In this document: positions 1 through 9,381 of the stretch, in pieces | Layout of the letters: every line of letters begins with the position of its first letter | Numbering within the stretch: the stretch's first letter is position 1 | NCBI GenBank assembly: GCA_018825385.1 | Contig: JAHJEX010000074.1 | Coordinates: 997 to 64,996, forward strand | Direction: 5' to 3' | Source of the DNA: Patescibacteria group bacterium | GTDB taxonomy: Bacteria; Patescibacteriota; Patescibacteriia; UM-FILTER-42-10 | DNA length: 64,000 nt | Program-made: the position numbers and the translations under genes | Notes under the pieces: model-generated | Databases searched by the model: none | The model's input: the letters and a program-made list of their open reading frames with translations, nothing else | What the model was told of the DNA's origin: nothing

Positions 1-1022
1 TATGACATATGACCCCAGTAATTATGTGAAAAGAGAGTAAACATACCCTTTAAATACTGAAAACTAGGAATAGCAATATTTTGTGCTACATAGTAAATAA
101 TTTCACCTGATTTTGTCGAAGGATGAGTGATGATTCTTAGTTTTTCAATCAATGGTTCTTCATTTTCGAAATCACTAAGATTTGTGACGTTCAATTGTTC
201 GTCATAATACCATTTCACGTCTGAATCAGTTATGGGTACAGTTGCTGAAAATCCGTATACAATAGTTCCAGCAATGAATGATGAGAACAGCATTAATAAC
301 AAAATCTTCAAAACATGTGCAAAAGTGAGCTGAGGAATTTTTTTGTGAAGCAGTTTAAGTACTACAAATATTAAGAAGAACGCGTACAAAATAACCGCCG
401 AAAATTTAACAAATTGTGCGATCGCAAATACGACAATAAACTGCAATAGATTCTTCCGCGAAAATGTATGAAAATATTTATCAAGACAATATATCGCCAA
501 AAAGAAAAATAAGGTCGCAGCTAAATCAGTTGTAATATATCGAGAATGCGCTAAGATGTTAGGCTCAAACACATAAAGTACTAATGCAACTAAACCTGTT
601 CCTTGTCCCCAGAGCCTTGCTGCCCACTTGTAGATGAACATTCCAAGGAGTAGACTTAGCAGCATTATGGGCAATCTGCCTAGCAGTAGAATTAAATCCG
701 CATCTACTGTATTATTATAGAGGAACTGGCGGCCAAATTCCCATTGGTTTTGTCCAGTCCAGGAGATGTGATCAAGTGGAGCTTCTATTGGTAAAAAAAG
801 AAGTGGCAGAGCACTAACCTCCTTAATCAATGGTGGGTGTTCAGGATTCAGTCTGAAATCCCCTGTGGTGATGTATGTGTATCCACTAGAGAGATGCGAA
901 CCCTCATCAATTGTTTGGCTTTCTTGTAATGCCGAGGTGAATTCCATAAAAAACATTACTGCTAGCAGTAATACTACAAGAGGAATATAAAATTTATTTG
1001 ATTTTAATAAAGATGTTTTCAT
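1..1022 (-). CDS. GT-C fold glycosyltransferase, ArnT/PMT-like (GT39/83 family). Partial: the C-terminus runs off the window start.
   Basis: Uninterrupted minus-strand frame from position 1 up to an in-frame stop at 1092-1094. The first Met is at 1022-1020, giving MKTSLLKSNKFYIPLVVLLLAVMFFMEF... with an N-terminal TM helix. It is followed by a DEGSH loop, an EHPPLIKE motif and TTDLAATLFFFLAIY, which resemble the ArnT/PMT N-terminal loop and TM pattern. The ORF track does not list it, consistent with the frame having no stop codon before the window edge. Confidence 0.5.
   Translation of the reverse strand, partial: MKTSLLKSNKFYIPLVVLLLAVMFFMEFTSALQESQTIDEGSHLSSGYTYITTGDFRLNPEHPPLIKEVSALPLLFLPIEAPLDHISWTGQNQWEFGRQFLYNNTVDADLILLLGRLPIMLLSLLLGMFIYKWAARLWGQGTGLVALVLYVFEPNILAHSRYITTDLAATLFFFLAIYCLDKYFHTFSRKNLLQFIVVFAIAQFVKFSAVILYAFFLIFVVLKLLHKKIPQLTFAHVLKILLLMLFSSFIAGTIVYGFSATVPITDSDVKWYYDEQLNVTNLSDFENEEPLIEKLRIITHPSTKSGEIIYYVAQNIAIPSFQYLKGMFTLFSHNYWGHMS
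955..972. promoter_or_regulatory. Perfect 18-bp palindrome ATTACTGCTAGCAGTAAT at the 5' end of the divergent gene pair. Candidate operator.
   Basis: The sequence is identical to its reverse complement. It lies within the first ~25 codons of the minus-strand glycosyltransferase and ~30 bp from the plus-strand ORF start. Confidence 0.3.
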
Positions 1023-1444
1023 TAAATAAGAAGTCTGATTCACAGCTAGTAAATGGTGAAGAAAAAATTGTGGACCAGAAGCGAATAAAATTTAAACAAG
1101 CACTCCGTGCTCCTCTGAGCAGCAGAATCATCGGCGTAGGAGTCCTAATATCACTATTGCTTAATCTCGGTATGTGGGTAATTCTTTACATCTTTATTAA
1201 ACCGTCACCCGAGCCGATCTATCTTCATTATAACATTTACTTTGGTATCGATCTAATTGGTGAATGGTATAAAATATATTTAATCCCACTGACAGGCCTT
1301 ATAGTAATTTTGGTGAACTATTTAGCCGGTGTTATAATGTATTCATCAAAAAGAGTGTTAAGTTATTTAGTGGTAATTTTTGCAATACCTGTTAATTTGT
1401 TTCTGGCACTTTCTGCAATCCTATTGGCATTTATTAATAGATAA
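998..1444 (+). CDS. Hypothetical polytopic membrane protein (148 aa) upstream of mraY.
   Basis: Listed ORF with three clear hydrophobic helices and no recognisable domain. Its 5' end overlaps the 5' end of the divergent glycosyltransferase, so the start (998, or Met codons at 1013 or ~1172) is uncertain. Confidence 0.35.
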   Translation: MILIKMFSLNKKSDSQLVNGEEKIVDQKRIKFKQALRAPLSSRIIGVGVLISLLLNLGMWVILYIFIKPSPEPIYLHYNIYFGIDLIGEWYKIYLIPLTGLIVILVNYLAGVIMYSSKRVLSYLVVIFAIPVNLFLALSAILLAFINR

Positions 1445-1450
1445 GATAAT

Positions 1451-2506
1451 ATGGACCTTTCCGCAAATTTTGACATAATCAAGGCACTATTTTTAGGAAC
1501 AGTATCGTTTATAGTTACAATTGCACTAACGCCAATTCTAACGCATTTTTTGTATAAATATAAGCTTGGTAAGCAGATTAGAAGTAGCGACAATGCCCCG
1601 ATATATTCTAAATTGCACGCAAAGAAATCAGGTACTCCTACAATGGGGGGGATCTTAATATGGTTTACTATGCTGGTATTGGCGCTTTTTTTCTTCTACC
1701 TGGCAAAAATAACAGATATCTCGTTTATTGAAAAACTAAATTTTCTTACTCGTGCAGAAACTCTATTGCCACTAGGTGCGCTTGTGGCATCAGCAATTAT
1801 TGGATTATGGGACGATATTTTTAATATTCGAAAGGTTGGTCCACGTGGAGGTGGTCTTACAGTTAAGCATAGACTGCTGTTTTATACTATCATCGCAATT
1901 TTTGGAGCATACTGGTTCTATGCAAAGTTAGATTGGGATGTAATTCATATTCCATTTATGGGAAACTTTGAGATTGGTCTATGGTATGTACCCATAGCAA
2001 TTTTTGTTATTGTAGCAACATCATTTTCCGTCAATGAAACTGATGGTCTGGATGGCTTGGCTGGCGGAGTACTTCTTTCTGCATTCGCGTCGTTTGCTGT
2101 AATTGCATTTATGCAGGGCCGATTCAATCTTGCTTCCTTCTGCGTGGTCATTGTTGGAAGCTTACTGGCATTTTTATGGTTCAATATTCCACCGGCCCGA
2201 TTTATCATGGGAGACACCGGGTCGATGGCACTTGGAACTACTTTGGGAATTGTGGCAATGCTGACAAATTCTGTTTTAGTTCTCCCAATTATTGGTTTTG
2301 TCTTGGTAATAGAATCAATGTCAGTGATCATTCAGTTGACATCAAAGAAGCTTCGAAAAGGAAAAAAAGTTTTCTTGTCCGCACCTATTCATCATCATTT
2401 TGAGGCAAAAGGTTGGCCAGAATCAAAAATTGTTATGAGAATTTGGATTATTTCAGGAGTAACATCTGTACTTGGCTTAATCCTGGTACTTATCGATCAC
2501 ACATAA
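1451..2506 (+). CDS. mraY: Phospho-N-acetylmuramoyl-pentapeptide transferase.
   Basis: 351-aa polytopic membrane protein with the MraY signatures NETDGLDGLAGG and IMGDTGSMALG. It sits in the dcw cluster next to murD. Confidence 0.9.
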   Translation: MDLSANFDIIKALFLGTVSFIVTIALTPILTHFLYKYKLGKQIRSSDNAPIYSKLHAKKSGTPTMGGILIWFTMLVLALFFFYLAKITDISFIEKLNFLTRAETLLPLGALVASAIIGLWDDIFNIRKVGPRGGGLTVKHRLLFYTIIAIFGAYWFYAKLDWDVIHIPFMGNFEIGLWYVPIAIFVIVATSFSVNETDGLDGLAGGVLLSAFASFAVIAFMQGRFNLASFCVVIVGSLLAFLWFNIPPARFIMGDTGSMALGTTLGIVAMLTNSVLVLPIIGFVLVIESMSVIIQLTSKKLRKGKKVFLSAPIHHHFEAKGWPESKIVMRIWIISGVTSVLGLILVLIDHT

Positions 2507-2509
2507 CAC

Positions 2510-3265
2510 ATGTCAACAGTCATTACTTCACAGAAACTAGCTAAGTTCCCCGGAATTAAGGCAGTTGTTTCAACAAGAAGTTTCGGTAATCAATCTTTTC
2601 AGCATTCATCGATTTCAGAAAAAGAAACGATTCTTAACAGGAGACGTTTTTTTGACAAACAAGGTATTAATGCTGATTTCGTTGTAAATACAGGGCTAAG
2701 TCACGAAGACAAAGTTTATTGCGCTAGGATAAGTGACCGAGGACGGGGTGCAATGGCCAAAAAAACAATCATCCCGAACTATGATGGACTGGTGACTAAT
2801 AATAGAAATGTATTCCTAATGGTTACGGTGGCAGACTGTTTCCCAATATTCTATTATGATCCGAAAGCAAACTGTATTGGCATAGCACATGCTGGTTGGA
2901 GGGGAGTGTTAAATGGGATTTCAATAAATGTAATTGATGAAATGAAGAAAGTTGCAGGCAGTAAGCCTGAGGACATAATAGTATTTATTGGCCCTGGGAT
3001 ACAGGCATGTCATTTTGAGGTTAGCATAGATCTCGCAAGTCAATTTGAAAATGCATTTGGTTCTGAAGTAATCGTTTCAAGGGGAGGAAATAGATATGCA
3101 AATCTGAGTATGGCTATCAAGTCTCAACTGGAATCATCTGGAATTAATTCTTGTAACATCGAAATATCGTCGGAATGCACTTACTGTGCCGACGGGATAT
3201 TATCATCATATAGAAGAGATAAAGGTGGGTATATTGCCCAGGCGGCAGTTATTGGAATGATTTAA
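2510..3265 (+). CDS. pgeF: Peptidoglycan editing factor PgeF / YfiH (DUF152, purine-nucleoside-phosphorylase/laccase-like).
   Basis: Motifs VADCFPIFYYD and IAHAGWRG (the Cys/His triad of YfiH). Length 251 aa. Inserted between mraY and murD. Confidence 0.75.
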   Translation: MSTVITSQKLAKFPGIKAVVSTRSFGNQSFQHSSISEKETILNRRRFFDKQGINADFVVNTGLSHEDKVYCARISDRGRGAMAKKTIIPNYDGLVTNNRNVFLMVTVADCFPIFYYDPKANCIGIAHAGWRGVLNGISINVIDEMKKVAGSKPEDIIVFIGPGIQACHFEVSIDLASQFENAFGSEVIVSRGGNRYANLSMAIKSQLESSGINSCNIEISSECTYCADGILSSYRRDKGGYIAQAAVIGMI

Positions 3266-3290
3266 TGCGAAATGATATACTTCTATAGAA

Positions 3291-4670
3291 ATGAAACCAT
3301 CTGATTTTAGAGGAAAAAAAATTACAATAATGGGTCTCGGTACACTTGGGGGCGGTATTGGTGTTGTTCAATATCTAGTAAAACTTGGTGCGAAATTAAC
3401 AGTGACGGATCTGCGGATACAAAAACAGCTGGCCCCAGCACTTAAAAAAATCAAATCAAAAGGAATTATCTATGTTTTGGGAAAACACAGGGAACAGGAT
3501 TTCAAGAATGCTGACCTGATTGTTAAGAATCCAGCAGTCCCCAAAGCATCAAAATATCTTGAAATTGCAAGACAAAATAATGTACCAATAGAAAGTGATG
3601 CAACACTTTTTTTTCAGTTATGCAGGATACCGATTATAGGAGTAACAGGTACGAAAGGAAAAACAACAACTGTAGCTTTGTTAGAAAAAATTATAAAGCG
3701 ATCTGGCAGACATGTTGTTTTAGTCGGTCACAATCAAATATCTGTACTTGACCGTCTTAATCAAATAAAAAAGGATACGATTGTTTTATTTGAATTATCC
3801 AGCTGGCGATTGGAAATACTAAGAGAGCACAAACTTAGTCCTCATGGTGCCATAGTTACAAATATAGCCAAAGATCATCTCAATACTTACAGTGGGATGA
3901 GTGAATATGTAAAAGCAAAGAGTAATATTTTTGCGTTTCAGAACAAAAATGATTTCGTTGTACTAAACAAGCAAAATCCATATACACAACAATTTGGAAA
4001 GTCCGTAATTTCAAGAAGATTTTGGTTTTCAAAAGTTCCCTTCACTGAACAGAATGGAGTTTTTGTTAAAAATTCAAAGATTGTATTTAGGAATATGGGG
4101 AAGGATAACATTGTTTTATCAACAGACACGTTGAAGATAAGAGGGGAACATAATTTGGAAAATGTTTTGGCCGCTGTTTTGACTGCAAAAATTTTGCAAG
4201 TGCCCAATATTTACATTAAGTCGGCAATTGCTGAATTTTCAGGATTAACAGACAGGCTGGAATTTGTAAAGAAGTATAATGGTAAATCATTTTTTAACGA
4301 CACTGCTGCAACCATGCCGGATGCGACAATTGCTGCGCTTAAATCATTTCCTAAAAAGGTTGTTCTCATTGCCGGAGGCGTTGATAAAGAACTATCATAT
4401 TTTCAATTAGCAAATGCAATTAAAAAACACGCTCGTGTTCTTGTTTTGTTGCCAGGCAGTGCGACTGAGAAGCTTAAACTGTACTTGGACAAAAATAAAA
4501 CTAGCTACACTGAATCAAAGACTCTCCAACAAGCGGTTGAGACTGCGTATAACTTGGCAAATGAAACAGATTCGATTCTTTTTTCACCAGGTGCAGCTAG
4601 TTTCAATCTTTTTGAAAACGAATTTGATCGTGGTGAGAAGTTTAGGAAAATTGTTAAAAAACTGACATGA
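3291..4670 (+). CDS. murD: UDP-N-acetylmuramoyl-L-alanine--D-glutamate ligase.
   Basis: Mur ligase P-loop GVTGTKGKTTT. N-terminal Rossmann-like start MGLGTLGGGIG. Canonical position between mraY and ftsW. Confidence 0.85.
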   Translation: MKPSDFRGKKITIMGLGTLGGGIGVVQYLVKLGAKLTVTDLRIQKQLAPALKKIKSKGIIYVLGKHREQDFKNADLIVKNPAVPKASKYLEIARQNNVPIESDATLFFQLCRIPIIGVTGTKGKTTTVALLEKIIKRSGRHVVLVGHNQISVLDRLNQIKKDTIVLFELSSWRLEILREHKLSPHGAIVTNIAKDHLNTYSGMSEYVKAKSNIFAFQNKNDFVVLNKQNPYTQQFGKSVISRRFWFSKVPFTEQNGVFVKNSKIVFRNMGKDNIVLSTDTLKIRGEHNLENVLAAVLTAKILQVPNIYIKSAIAEFSGLTDRLEFVKKYNGKSFFNDTAATMPDATIAALKSFPKKVVLIAGGVDKELSYFQLANAIKKHARVLVLLPGSATEKLKLYLDKNKTSYTESKTLQQAVETAYNLANETDSILFSPGAASFNLFENEFDRGEKFRKIVKKLT

Positions 4671-5806
4671 CATCATCAAGACAACATCCACCAGATTATA
4701 CGTTAATTGCTGTTGTTTTTGTTATTCTGATATTCGGTCTGATTATGCTTTCGTCTGCGAGTTCAGTTGTTGCTTACCAAAAATTCAACGATAGTAATTA
4801 CTTGCTGAAGCATCAACTGTTCTACGGTGTTTCATTGGGTCTCCTTGCTATGTTTATAACATCTCGAATCGCCTATCAAACATGGAAAAAGCTTGCGATA
4901 CCGATGCTAGCAATAACAATATTGGCTCTTTTTATTGTTTTAGTATCTGACGCTGGTCTTACAAGCGGTGGTGCAAGACGTTGGATTGATTTTGGATTCT
5001 TCACGTTTCAGCCGTCAGAATTAACCAAGCTCACTTTTGTCATCTATTTGGCTACGTGGCTTTCAAAAAAAGGGAAAGTTATAAGCAATTTTGCTTATGG
5101 ATTTGTTCCATTTCTTGTGCTTCTGGGCGTAATTACTTTTCTTGTCATGATGCAGCCTGATCTTGGTACGATGACTGTTATAGCGCTTGTGTCTATTGCA
5201 ATTTATTTTATTGCCGGGGGAGGTATTAAACATATTCTATTGATCATTGCCGGAGGAATATCTCTTTTTGCCTTGCTCATAAAAATTGCTCCATACCGTG
5301 CTGCTCGGTTTTCCGTTTTTCTTAATCCTGAACTTGATCCTCAGGGAATTGGGTATCATGTTAACCAAGCTTTACTCGCAATTGGATCGGGAGGAATTTT
5401 GGGACTAGGGTTGGGCCGGTCAAGGCAAAAATACAATTTTCTACCTGAAGTAACAGGTGACTCGATTTTTGCAGTTATCGCAGAGGAACTGGGTTTCATT
5501 ATTTCTTTTGGACTTATAATTTTATTTTTCTTATTAATGATCCGCGGCTTCAAGATTGCTAGAAGCGCACCTGACACATTTGGAAAACTGGTTGCAGCAG
5601 GTATAACTTGTTGGTTTACAATTCAAGCTGTTGTTAATATTGGTTCAATGGTTTCCTTATTACCTCTAACAGGGATACCATTACCATTAGTTAGCTACGG
5701 AAGTTCAGCAATAATAATATCCCTGGCAGCATTGGGTATACTTATTAATATTTCTAGATATACACTGACAACGGAGCCTTCAGCAACGAGAACGCGAAGA
5801 AAATAA
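4667..5806 (+). CDS. ftsW: SEDS-family peptidoglycan glycosyltransferase FtsW/RodA.
   Basis: About 10 TM helices. SEDS motifs (PSELTKL, GSGGILGLGLG, LPEVTGDSIFAVIAEELG). ATGA overlap with the murD stop. Confidence 0.85.
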   Translation: MTSSRQHPPDYTLIAVVFVILIFGLIMLSSASSVVAYQKFNDSNYLLKHQLFYGVSLGLLAMFITSRIAYQTWKKLAIPMLAITILALFIVLVSDAGLTSGGARRWIDFGFFTFQPSELTKLTFVIYLATWLSKKGKVISNFAYGFVPFLVLLGVITFLVMMQPDLGTMTVIALVSIAIYFIAGGGIKHILLIIAGGISLFALLIKIAPYRAARFSVFLNPELDPQGIGYHVNQALLAIGSGGILGLGLGRSRQKYNFLPEVTGDSIFAVIAEELGFIISFGLIILFFLLMIRGFKIARSAPDTFGKLVAAGITCWFTIQAVVNIGSMVSLLPLTGIPLPLVSYGSSAIIISLAALGILINISRYTLTTEPSATRTRRK

Positions 5807-5854
5807 ACTACTATATTTCTTTACCTAACGACTGATTTGGGGTATAGTTGAAAC

Positions 5855-7009
5855 ATGAGAATAGTTTTGACTGGCGGCGGAACCGGTGGATCGGTTGCGC
5901 CGTTATTAGCCATATATCAGGAGATAAAGAGCGTTGAAATAGCTGATTTTTTATTTGTTGGAGGAAAGGGTTCGCTTGAAAGGGAGTTAACTGAAGAAAA
6001 TGATATACCATTTCAGTCAATCACATCGGGAAAGCTGCGAAGGTATTTTGATCCCAGGAATTTTCTAACACCCCTCAACGTTATTGTCGGTTTTTTTCAG
6101 TCGCTAGCGATTTTAGGAAAATGGAAGCCTGATATTGTGATCTCTGCCGGAAGCTTTGTTGCAGTACCCGTTGTATGGGCCGCATGGCTGCTAAGAAAGC
6201 CTATCGTAGTTCATCAGCAAGATCTTTTAAAAGGATTGGCAAATAAACTTATGGCCCCGCTTGCTACGAAAATCACAGTTACTTTCTCTGAGTCGTTAAA
6301 AGATTTCCCTCACAAAAAAGCTGTGGTTACGGGAAACCCAGTACGGAAAGCTATTCTGAGTGGGGATCGGGAGTCTGCGAAACAATTGTTTTCACTTAAT
6401 GATTTGCCAGTTGTTTTAATCCTCGGTGGTGGTACAGGAGCTTTATCTTTGAATAAAGTTGTAACAGAATCACTATCAAAGCTTTTGGAGTTTTGTCAGA
6501 TAATACATATTGCAGGAAAGGGCAAAAACATTTTTCAGGATGCGAATCTGGAAGATACACACCGTCCTGACTCAGTCGAGGCAATGCTTGATGATAAAGT
6601 TACCATCAATTACAAAAAAGGCAATTTTGAGAAATATCATGCCCATGAGTTTCTGAATACTGATGAATTAAAACACGCATTTAGTGTTGCGGATATTGTT
6701 GTTACTCGGGCAGGACTTTCGACACTTTCTGAGTTGGCAATTCTTGCAAAGCCGATCATCATAGTTCCCTTGCCTGATACGCATCAAGAAAAGAATGCGA
6801 AATATTTCGCGTCAAAAAATGCAGCATTAATTCTAAATCAAAAGATTTTCAACACAGAGCTATTCACAAACTTTGTTTACGAATTATTACAAAGCAAATC
6901 TCATAAACACGAGCTTTCTAAAAACATATCAAACATAATGAGTCATGATGCCGGCACAAAGGTCGTTAGCGAGATAAAAAGCATTTTACATAAAGATGAA
7001 TCTAGCTAA
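5855..7009 (+). CDS. murG: UDP-GlcNAc:lipid I N-acetylglucosaminyltransferase.
   Basis: N-terminal MRIVLTGGGTGGSVAPLLAI G-loop typical of MurG, and a GT28 C-terminal domain. Confidence 0.9.
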   Translation: MRIVLTGGGTGGSVAPLLAIYQEIKSVEIADFLFVGGKGSLERELTEENDIPFQSITSGKLRRYFDPRNFLTPLNVIVGFFQSLAILGKWKPDIVISAGSFVAVPVVWAAWLLRKPIVVHQQDLLKGLANKLMAPLATKITVTFSESLKDFPHKKAVVTGNPVRKAILSGDRESAKQLFSLNDLPVVLILGGGTGALSLNKVVTESLSKLLEFCQIIHIAGKGKNIFQDANLEDTHRPDSVEAMLDDKVTINYKKGNFEKYHAHEFLNTDELKHAFSVADIVVTRAGLSTLSELAILAKPIIIVPLPDTHQEKNAKYFASKNAALILNQKIFNTELFTNFVYELLQSKSHKHELSKNISNIMSHDAGTKVVSEIKSILHKDESS

Positions 7010-8402
7010 TATAAAAAATATTCATTTCATTGGGATTGGCGGTGTCGCTATGAGTGCTGTTGCTGTAGTTGCTAAACAGCGAGGATTTATTGTCTCTGGC
7101 AGTGATGGTGATAAAATTTATCCTCCGGCATCTTTAATTCTTGAACAAAACAAAATTGATTACATAGCCGGATACAATGAAGCAAATATAGGAAAACCAG
7201 ATCTGGTTGTTATAAGTGCCGGTGAATCGCCAGAAACAAATCCGGAAGTTGCAGCGATTATTAAAAGAAAAATTCCCTATACATCTTTCCCTGAATTGAT
7301 CTACAGCCTTTTTAATAGTCATCAAAGGATTGTCGTATCTGGAACCCACGGCAAAACTACCACAAGCTCGCTAATTGCTTATGGTCTTAACGCGGCATTA
7401 AAACCTGCCAATTTTATAATTGGTGGTTATGTTCAAGATTTTAAGACCAATTTTTCTCTTAATGATTCGAATACAATTGTCCTAGAAGGTGATGAATATT
7501 ATTCACTTTTTTCTGATAAGAAGCCCAAGTTTCTTCACTACCATCCGCAAATACTTGTTATTACAAACATAGACATGGATCATTTTGACTATTATCGAAG
7601 TATAAATGATGTAATGGAAAAATTCAGAAAATTAGTGAAGACAATACCTCCTAACGGCGTGATAATTGCATGTCATGATGATTCAAATGTAAAAAAGCTA
7701 TTAAAAAAAGTTGACCAACAAATTATTTGGTATGGCTTGAAGGGTATTAATGTTGATTGGAAGGGAGAAAGAATTAAGCATAATGACAGAGGTATGAATT
7801 TCGTTGCAAAAAAGCTCAAAACGACTGATAAATATAACATTGCGCTGTCACTGTCAGGTGATCACAGCGTGTTAAACGTATTAGCAAGCATCACCTTACT
7901 TGACTATCTGGGCTGTGATTTGAAAAGGGTAGCAAAAAAACTTGGTGAGTTTAAAGGGCCAACCAGGCGTTTTGAAATAAAAGGAGTTGCAAAAGGAGTA
8001 ACAATTATTGATGATTACGCTCATCATCCAACAGCGGTGAAAGCAACATTACAGGCCGCGCGCTCAAGATATCCTAAAAGCAAAATATGGGCTGTTTTCG
8101 AGCCACATACTTATAGTCGGACGCAGGCAACAAAATCGGAGTTAGCAGAAGCGTTTGAAACTGCTGATGAGGTAATTATTCCTGATATTTATCCGGCGCG
8201 GGAAAATACAGGTGATTTCAAAATCTCTAGCAAAGACATAGTTGACGAAATCGCAAAAAAGCACCAAAATGCATCTTATATTCCTGAAAAGAAACAAGTA
8301 TTAGAGTACCTCAGTGCAAATGTAAAAGAAGGAGATATTGTTGTGATTATGGCAGTGGGTGATTTCAATAAAATTGCAACAGAGTTAATCGAAAAGCTAT
8401 AA
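6996..8402 (+). CDS. murC: UDP-N-acetylmuramate--L-alanine ligase.
   Basis: HFIGIGGVAMSAVA N-terminus and Mur ligase P-loop SGTHGKTTTSS. Follows murG. Confidence 0.9.
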   Translation: MNLANIKNIHFIGIGGVAMSAVAVVAKQRGFIVSGSDGDKIYPPASLILEQNKIDYIAGYNEANIGKPDLVVISAGESPETNPEVAAIIKRKIPYTSFPELIYSLFNSHQRIVVSGTHGKTTTSSLIAYGLNAALKPANFIIGGYVQDFKTNFSLNDSNTIVLEGDEYYSLFSDKKPKFLHYHPQILVITNIDMDHFDYYRSINDVMEKFRKLVKTIPPNGVIIACHDDSNVKKLLKKVDQQIIWYGLKGINVDWKGERIKHNDRGMNFVAKKLKTTDKYNIALSLSGDHSVLNVLASITLLDYLGCDLKRVAKKLGEFKGPTRRFEIKGVAKGVTIIDDYAHHPTAVKATLQAARSRYPKSKIWAVFEPHTYSRTQATKSELAEAFETADEVIIPDIYPARENTGDFKISSKDIVDEIAKKHQNASYIPEKKQVLEYLSANVKEGDIVVIMAVGDFNKIATELIEKL

Positions 8403-9368
8403 ATGTCCAAAATTAAAGAGTTGAATGAGAAACTAGTTAATCGAGTGAACGAAGACTTTGCCCTGGCTCCGCTCACTGGATACAGAATTGGCGGTCCGGC
8501 AAAGTACTATTTCATTGCGGAAAATACTGATGATGTAAAAAACGCTGTTGGTGCTGCACATGGACTTTCTTTGCCTGTGTTTATTCTGGCAAGGGGCAGT
8601 AATGTTTTAATTTCTGATAAAGGTTTTGACGGTTTAGTTATTCACAATAAGTCAAAAAATATTTCTGTTCGTAATACTGAAATTGAGGCAGATGCAGGAG
8701 TTAATTTAAGTAGCCTTGCTAATTCAGCAAAGGATTTGGGACTATCTGGAATTGAGTTTGTAGCAGGCATACCAGGAAGTGTTGGTGGCGCAATACGTGG
8801 AAACGCTGGGGCCTGGGGAAGTGAAATAAAGAATGTTTTGACAAAAGCTATGGCAGTCACGGAAAACGGTGAAATTATTGAAAGAACCAATAAACAATGC
8901 GATTTTAGGTATCGAGAAAGCATCTTCAAGGTGAATAAAGAGATAATTCTCTCAGCTAGCTTTAGACTAAGCGAATCCACAAAAGAAGATGTTCAAATCA
9001 AGATAAATGAGATAGTAAAAAAGAAGAAAGGTGAACAGGAATTTGAATCGCCAAGCGCCGGATGCGTTTTTAAGAACACTAAAGTAGATTTTAGTAAAGA
9101 AGAGATGGCTAAAAAGGGAATTGATTCATCAGCTGTGAATAATGGTTTAGTTTCTTCCGGCTACCTGATTGATCGGCTGGGGCTAAAAGGATTTACAGTT
9201 GGTGGTGCAATGGTTTCAAAAGTGCATGGCAATTTTATTATAAATTTGGGAAATGCCACAGCAGAGCAAATCGTTATGCTGATCGGGATTATTAAACAGA
9301 AAGTACGAGATAAGTATGGCATTCAATTACAGGAGGAAATACAGTTGGTTGGCTTTGATAATTATTAA
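8403..9368 (+). CDS. murB: UDP-N-acetylenolpyruvoylglucosamine reductase.
   Basis: FAD-binding PCMH-type N-terminus (LAPLTGYRIGGPAKYYF, ILARGSNVL) and MurB C-terminal domain. Start abuts the murC stop. Confidence 0.85.
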   Translation: MSKIKELNEKLVNRVNEDFALAPLTGYRIGGPAKYYFIAENTDDVKNAVGAAHGLSLPVFILARGSNVLISDKGFDGLVIHNKSKNISVRNTEIEADAGVNLSSLANSAKDLGLSGIEFVAGIPGSVGGAIRGNAGAWGSEIKNVLTKAMAVTENGEIIERTNKQCDFRYRESIFKVNKEIILSASFRLSESTKEDVQIKINEIVKKKKGEQEFESPSAGCVFKNTKVDFSKEEMAKKGIDSSAVNNGLVSSGYLIDRLGLKGFTVGGAMVSKVHGNFIINLGNATAEQIVMLIGIIKQKVRDKYGIQLQEEIQLVGFDNY

Positions 9369-9381
9369 ATGATAACTTGAA

